In this document: positions 45,401 through 48,041 of the stretch, piece after piece
How positions within the stretch are numbered: the stretch's first letter is position 1
How the letters are laid out: every line of letters starts with the position of its first letter
Assembly (NCBI GenBank): GCA_003344405.1
Contig: NOWV01000168.1
Location: forward strand, 124,001 to 172,041
Source: Trichoplax sp. H2
Taxonomy: Eukaryota
Direction of reading: 5' to 3'
Length of the DNA: 48,041 nt
The notes under the pieces: generated by a model
The model's input: the letters and a program-made list of their open reading frames with translations, nothing else
What the model was told of the DNA's origin: nothing
Database searches by the model: none
Made by a program: the position numbers and the translations under genes

Positions 45401-48041
45401 CTCATGCTCATCATGTAAGGTGGCCATTATTTGTGTCTTTTCTGTATGATATTTTTCCTCCATCTTTTTCATTTGACATTGTAATGTTGATAGATCATTC
45501 TCGAGTTTCTCTACTGCCATATGATGCTGAATTTCGATTTGAGCAAAGTCATCATTATACTGTTTCTTTAACCCTTCTAAAAGGGTATCTTTCTCATTGA
45601 TCAAATTATCAATTTGAATTTTACGTTCACTTTCGATATCATCAAATTTTCGTTGGTAATCTAACTCCTTCTTCTTAAATTCATCTTGAAGTAATTTTAG
45701 TGTAATGTTATGTTCTTTTTGTAATTTGTCTGTTTTATTAACGTATAGTTTATCTAATGTGATTACTTTTTGTTCACTTTCTTCATGTAATTGTTTTAGC
45801 CTCATTTGGTACTCCTCCTCTACGCTTTTGAGCTGATTTTCGAGATTCTTGATTTCTACATCATGTTGTAATTGTAGTTGATGTATATTAACTTCATAGT
45901 ATTTTTGAGAGTCTTTCAATTGCACTTCTTTTTTTTTAGCTAGACAATCTAGCTGTATTTCATGCTCACTTTTCATAGTGTCGATTTTACGCTGATATAA
46001 TAGATCGGCATTTTCTAATTTCTCCCTGAGCTCATTTATAACTATAGTATTTTGACTTTGTAACTTATCAATTGTGTTCTTATAGTCCTTTTCTAAATTT
46101 GTTACCATCCGAATATTTTCATTATAGGTATTTTTAATTTCTATTTCATGCGCAACCTTAATGTTGCCAAGTTGATCTTGTAATGCCGTCATGATCCGTT
46201 CATTTTCATCAAGTGATTGTTTTTTTTCCATTATATGTGATTCTTTCAAACTATTAAGTTGATTTTGTAACATGGTTAGCATCTCTTTTTTTTCATCATT
46301 TGCCAGCTTTATTTCTGTTCGATGTAATTCTTTTAAGCTATCAATTTCATCTTGCAATATTGTTGATATTTGCTCTTTTTCAGCAAACGTTTGTTTCTTC
46401 TCTACTTCATAAGAATCTTTCAAATTATCAAATTGATTCTGCAAGGTTATCGATATCTGTTCATTTTCTTCCTGTAACCGTTTTACTTCCCTTGCATGCA
46501 ATCCCTTCAAATTATTAATTTCATCTTGCTTTGCGGTTAACATTTGCTTCGTGTCATCACGTGTTTGTTTCACCTCTAGTTCACATTCTTCTTTTAGCTT
46601 CTCAAGTTGATCTTGTAAAGCTGATACTTTGCACTGTTTCTCGATATATAACTCCTTCAGTTTTATTTCATGTACTTGTTTCATGTCATTTATCCGACTC
46701 TGAAGTCTTGACAAATTTTCTTTCATTACAACAATATCACTTTGATGCTGACTATTTAATCTCTTGACCTCCTCAATGAAATTCAAACGATTACATTCAA
46801 CTTTATCCATCCATTCCTTCAGAATTTGGTCATGTCCTACTTCTTGATCATGAATTTTATGATTATAATCATCTCGACAAGCTAACAATTTATTTTCTTT
46901 TTCTTTAATCAATTGTTCAATATTTGCGTTATGCTTTGCTTTTATATCTAATAATTCTTGCTGATATTGTAATCGGCATATTTGCAATTGATCTTGAAGG
47001 TTTAAATTATGTCTTTCCTCTAGATCATCAAACTTTACTTGCCACTGTAATTTTAAACTATTAATATCTTCTTCAAGCTGATTTTGCACGCTAGTTAATT
47101 TCGTTTGGCAATCTTTAACTAATTTGCTTCTTATATCTTCTTTTTCTTTCTGCCATGACCATTGCATCTTACTTATTTCTTCTTTATTTTGATTTTGTAA
47201 ATTTGTAATTCTAATCTTGCAATCTATTAACATCTGTCTGACCACATTTTCCTTCTCTTCAAGCAATGTTGATTTTAAGTTGTTTATATTGTCGTTGTAT
47301 TTATTTTGCAAGTTATTAATTTTAGCTTCATGCTCTTCTCTTATTTCTATCTGGATCGATTCTTTCTCTTTCTGCCATGATGCTTTCATCTCGTTTAGCT
47401 CTAATTCATGACGGTTTTGAGTATCGCAGAGTTTAACTTGATATTCATTATGTAAATTTTCTTTTAATAATTCTTTCTCTTCTTCACATAGTCTATTTAT
47501 CCTCTTAATTTCGTCTTCATGATGGTTTCTTGTGTTTACTAATTTGATATTGCAATCTTCTTGTATATCTCGCTCTATTACTTTCTTCTCTTCAAGTAAT
47601 GTTGATTTTAAGTTGTTTATATTGTCGTTGTATTTATTTTGTAAGTTATTAATTTTAGCTTCATGCTCTTCTCTTATTTCTATCTGGATCGATTCTTTCT
47701 CTTTCTGCCATGATGCTTTCATCTCGTTTAGCTCTAATTCATGACGGTTTTGAGTATCGCAGAGTTTAACTTGATATTCATTATGTAAGTTTTCTTTTAA
47801 TAATTCTTTCTCTTCTTCACATAGTCTATTTATCCTCTTAATTTCGTCTTCATGATGGTTTCTTGTGTTTACTAATTTGATTTTGTAATCTTGTATATCT
47901 CGCTCTATTACTTTCTTCTCTTCAAGTAATGTTGATTTTAAGTTGTTTATATTGTCGTTGTATTTATTTTGCAAGTTATTAATTTTAGCTTCATGCTCTT
48001 CTCTTACTTCTATCTGGATCGATTCTTTCTCTTTCTGCCAT
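35873..48041 (-). CDS. Giant (>4050 aa, 5' end outside window) repetitive coiled-coil protein with C-terminal Ras-like domain and CaaX box
   Basis: Stop-free frame from the window edge to TAA at 35873-35875. The ORF-track start at 47974 is a TTG, and the frame reads WQKEKESIQIEVREEHEAKINN upstream of it. E/K/Q/L/H-rich helical rod ~48041-38490, acidic S/D/E linker ~38490-36500, Ras-like domain 36415-35876. Confidence 0.9.
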   Translation of the reverse strand, partial: WQKEKESIQIEVREEHEAKINNLQNKYNDNINNLKSTLLEEKKVIERDIQDYKIKLVNTRNHHEDEIKRINRLCEEEKELLKENLHNEYQVKLCDTQNRHELELNEMKASWQKEKESIQIEIREEHEAKINNLQNKYNDNINNLKSTLLEEKKVIERDIQEDCNIKLVNTRNHHEDEIKRINRLCEEEKELLKENLHNEYQVKLCDTQNRHELELNEMKASWQKEKESIQIEIREEHEAKINNLQNKYNDNINNLKSTLLEEKENVVRQMLIDCKIRITNLQNQNKEEISKMQWSWQKEKEDIRSKLVKDCQTKLTSVQNQLEEDINSLKLQWQVKFDDLEERHNLNLQDQLQICRLQYQQELLDIKAKHNANIEQLIKEKENKLLACRDDYNHKIHDQEVGHDQILKEWMDKVECNRLNFIEEVKRLNSQHQSDIVVMKENLSRLQSRINDMKQVHEIKLKELYIEKQCKVSALQDQLEKLKEECELEVKQTRDDTKQMLTAKQDEINNLKGLHAREVKRLQEENEQISITLQNQFDNLKDSYEVEKKQTFAEKEQISTILQDEIDSLKELHRTEIKLANDEKKEMLTMLQNQLNSLKESHIMEKKQSLDENERIMTALQDQLGNIKVAHEIEIKNTYNENIRMVTNLEKDYKNTIDKLQSQNTIVINELREKLENADLLYQRKIDTMKSEHEIQLDCLAKKKEVQLKDSQKYYEVNIHQLQLQHDVEIKNLENQLKSVEEEYQMRLKQLHEESEQKVITLDKLYVNKTDKLQKEHNITLKLLQDEFKKKELDYQRKFDDIESERKIQIDNLINEKDTLLEGLKKQYNDDFAQIEIQHHMAVEKLENDLSTLQCQMKKMEEKYHTEKTQIMATLHDEHETGMNKLRLEHNEVINSLKNKTEDKMVKHQHELKSLKDENKRRLDKLLVEKKLVLETSKKEHDNSIYQLQCQHKLEIQKRDDIISTLQNQLHGLKKESEIKISELRQNKALAIVALEQQHKDKLAQLQSENDLDKKILQENFENEKLAQQSVFNQLEADYKSKLNTLINEKKKLVDIHRKKHEDAMRELEANQVIHQKKFAQIMDDHKSEIDNLSMEKEQAVKACREESTKIIYKKQLQYDEIVKKVKTIQNLREDTEKKYKAELNDVILENEKQLQYCKQQHACNIQQMQSQHDLAIRQLVDKLETERFVNQERLNSLKKEQKAKIDGITIEKEQQIDTIKMQYLDAINELKVQHDVDIKKLINRLDTDQAIHQKQISIIENEHKREIDNLIHEKKRLLDTNKEQLDKVSNQLRQEHDNTIEEMKNHIEVSKLMYLERLNEVKDEYKVKLDDQEKALESCRKKYDNVIQQLQTHHNNSIKQLEDDLERCQIAHQLQLKNLKEKHSIEINELDNKKENLIDTYKKQQEDFIHQLQAQHDMTVKSFEEQLENNKLTHCKQLNNLNEQHKEELENLKSESENKLIDCRNQHKSMIHQLQLKQELIVQELHIHFDTVKKDQKIEIQKAIEEYNENLAASQRQHDNELLRLQHKHNETIRLLENNINDERMKQQQEWNELKEKHQHEKDVLAMERDMIKSDYQLKCQHEQTLSNTIHQQRLKIEELKRQIDDLAQKVKNELIVIENKVTQNRLDYMNEVQRQQEALRINLSHLKDNHAVELEVLKAKCNEQIKKQESKFQADKQEMIQHHENNIIDLESQFEQRLKKQMTVLQLQMENHNTQLAQQYQNEKEKLITEHQENLLDLRRIHDLEVVKIKDRYHLQLRKEERMFEDNLGQLKLAHDEEVASLSHNYQMQLQQQKLMNEDTITLLRQSHDKEILTARNDYEVQIKTKDEVFKDKSDYFVQVHKKEIAALKEENHKELEKKEKLIYSLNQSLQEHEEKMVIAEKNYEVKLKNQDKVTEDALKHLKRNFDNDMILAQEEWKKAVQDDLNQCKKDYDEQLLMITDSYQLQLNNQEKMYEDKIKDFNEVYTKKITALRDDYQILLDDEKKVSDEKSKRLQADYDKKIVSVKDRHEKELEKKQKFFEEKLKHIDYVHAEDMVTAKRSYQEWILEQEKNFQTKRDRLLKEHSAEMATAKNSQQLQLVQLQFTYENKLKKKHRSHDEELAKTIKTHRKMLKWQREALIERINDQSRNHSLDITTVRDVYRMQMKMQENVYEEEINKLKITQIKEMEILKGFHKVQLQEQEKELHNILNNLRISHEREIENIRDDHQQQLKERKKLYEDGLSQTLRAKDEKIVETQRFYQLKMDELEDKMNAKLNQLQLTQNEEIANLHSVYQIKFDTQEKAFKIKLDHSHQAYDKEMAVCQSNHKTQLQEQKTAFEDNIGQIHIDHARELIAVESKYQKQLEESEATLSSYSIKLQEARGREIMNFNGYQLQLEEQKKAYDDRSDYLKKDYEGKLATTRENHQLQIDNQARIFDERLCQLQEAHDKEVLSLQNKFRLKDEDYRRKLTVIEEAHQKDVKRVRDEAVQKIDILSREHNLQIESIIREQKAEVQQIRDESQRQASDMIENYELKIQELIGEYNDNYNRSGCAVIHTEELQDVRNDDQMELIGVDDTHQEELQKIQGKHCKEVQVLKDKYSYQIANIANESELEKQEFRSSLARMKASHLQKIEDIQNEHQLELQCIQSKHHENYECTMRNTEDGHGDELQIISSNHQYQQEVSSESYNIKERDAVINCNKVNNEKEQEVVKCDRKLINIQNLHEEEILQIRNEHGIELQNIRMEYQNEINIINEHQSTIAHTTETYQRQLCELEDKYLKATNAVNTLMHEHQSELQDIRDRHLIAIGEIQSKNKHEIQTIKDCYQQEIRSIHDEFQHQITYLRESYDNTVHDLNRQCQEIESLMTKNANDYQVELKNTQYQHQNEMEKMDCKYMKEIKSLQSQHQRDIETIESIHSLIAREKALANQQAEVLNQQTLEYERSNDNLYKQFESEKETIISQYQEILHVVEKEEIEIVKNLFYELKKEKENFLSYYDERLNQLCIEQDHILQTLLSNSSKEWKALISRTGDKLSRLRQECRYDIEKLHFTFPEENDGSDCSGNLNRLGIEQEYKNNNISYQPRKVWKFSVHFYEGELSQLRLEQENIIQKLYAILEKEKEAAGDNCSKKLETLGIEQESILQSFNSKARKGTEFLRNTYQEKLKQLRIDQVDAVRTILSRIEKENSKFVGICYENKCNKLRLEQDLQIHNDKGALGYACLDHIKPSVNLTDNETVTDIYKNDRFTRLTNSNPEKVGEKIRDESDSLTPKDIIINLGKFTEEISEEDNCNQEIELVGNNDYDGHSILSTSSSRAKIKESNDGDDNCKFHLSTAEAVIGNQTCKEDDNYENTEVFGEVSGEKIVGNDISTLLYNSTKHESVEDIRKDIKRQLKASIVEMEVEKTCQEPDYSLVDSSESLIRQNACDDKSERFTSNLDGAKFGKDGNAGGIPELTSKLTDNKIEDEICESYTIELTANACYNESLHEIRDSFSNKDESYQLDCSSVGSIVSEEIQEVIADNLKSYSNTSFASMEARDTHKLRPRRRFSETEIRYNHDDNNGSLHLEKLTFYSMDNISIKYQNQIEGFDKSEIYAKRLYYSANNVALDELHQSINKIDHQSDESQITFYSMESLSIEDQKSPGILNLSLSDPSVANYQSGNQSQSTFPALLNEMDCNHHSSNCNDNIPLVETVLHVNLSNSLESTASSVCEEDTGREYTPLQEDNIDRDCLYRSIPLNQESTGIALHDDSEELSSRKNVVSHNEITPTYVGSEFTLSDREDPNAHSSRYDIEEQEKIASICKESEYLNANTHATSSVDSAYAKNVQDEAHIHLSHYEDTDSCDERSSVYLESNFNLLSDSDPDGDNTSGESESFRIKLKHLNHRIRSLSKSSHKTSIPKNPVKIVLFGHSNVGKTAIACQYCKKRYPPDRSSYRSSQFKKILKFGQYSIKLKIIVSKLAANSALSSYQSILQDIDGVMLVFSVDDWQSFDDIGNYYQSLSQVTGSDFPCIIVGNKNDAISYKRQITFQEGELLASSFQHRYIETSATTYSKTELAFVQLIQTIAYMKTAQSLEDQQCVIT
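47252..48041 (-). repeat. Near-identical in-frame tandem repeat of 330/333 nt (110/111 aa), >=2.4 copies, running off the window
   Basis: tctgccat anchors at 47371, 47704 and 48034 (spacings 333 and 330). The protein unit LQNKYNDNINNLKSTLLEEK...EEHEAKINN is repeated. Confidence 0.95.

Noticed and set aside
36814-47744. Many short plus-strand ORFs (F/S/L/C-rich)
   Set aside because: They are antisense shadows of the giant E/K/Q-rich minus-strand ORF.
47974-47974. Start codon of the giant protein as given by the ORF track
   Set aside because: It is a TTG inside a repeat unit. The frame stays open to the window edge, so the true start lies outside the window.
35873-48041. Assigning the giant protein to myosin, golgin, RASEF/Rab44 or Rheb/DIRAS by name
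   Set aside because: No motor, GRIP or EF-hand domain is visible in the window, the periodicity is non-heptad, and the GTPase motifs are too diverged to assign without a phylogeny.

Overview
AT-rich, intron-dense eukaryotic DNA from a compact animal genome. The style suggests an early-branching metazoan such as a placozoan, but that is inference. Five protein-coding genes can be reconstructed by hand using GT-AG, phase-consistent exons: (1) a 30-exon HECW1/2 (NEDL)-type HECT E3 ligase (+, 2825-15995); (2) a 9-exon type II PI5P 4-kinase, PIP4K2 (-, 25469-18321); (3) a 13-exon ZSWIM2/MEX E3 ligase (+, 26816-31274); (4) a 5-exon FAM221A homologue (+, 32950-34918); (5) a single uninterrupted minus-strand ORF of >12 kb (35873 to beyond 48041, >4050 aa). 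The fifth is the standout. It encodes a ~3200-aa helical rod built from successive 37-, 29-, 62- and 33-residue non-heptad repeat arrays, then an acidic linker, then a C-terminal Ras-family domain. That domain keeps G1/G4/G5 and a CaaX box (CVIT) but has lost the switch I Thr and the whole DxxGQ motif, so it is a candidate giant prenylated coiled-coil pseudo-GTPase. Non-coding features include a hairpin-forming tandem array flanked by splice-site-like signals (1331-1961), a 3x90-bp intronic repeat and a TACAG/CTGTA-rich divergent promoter region. No rRNA, tRNA, CRISPR array or recognisable transposase was seen.
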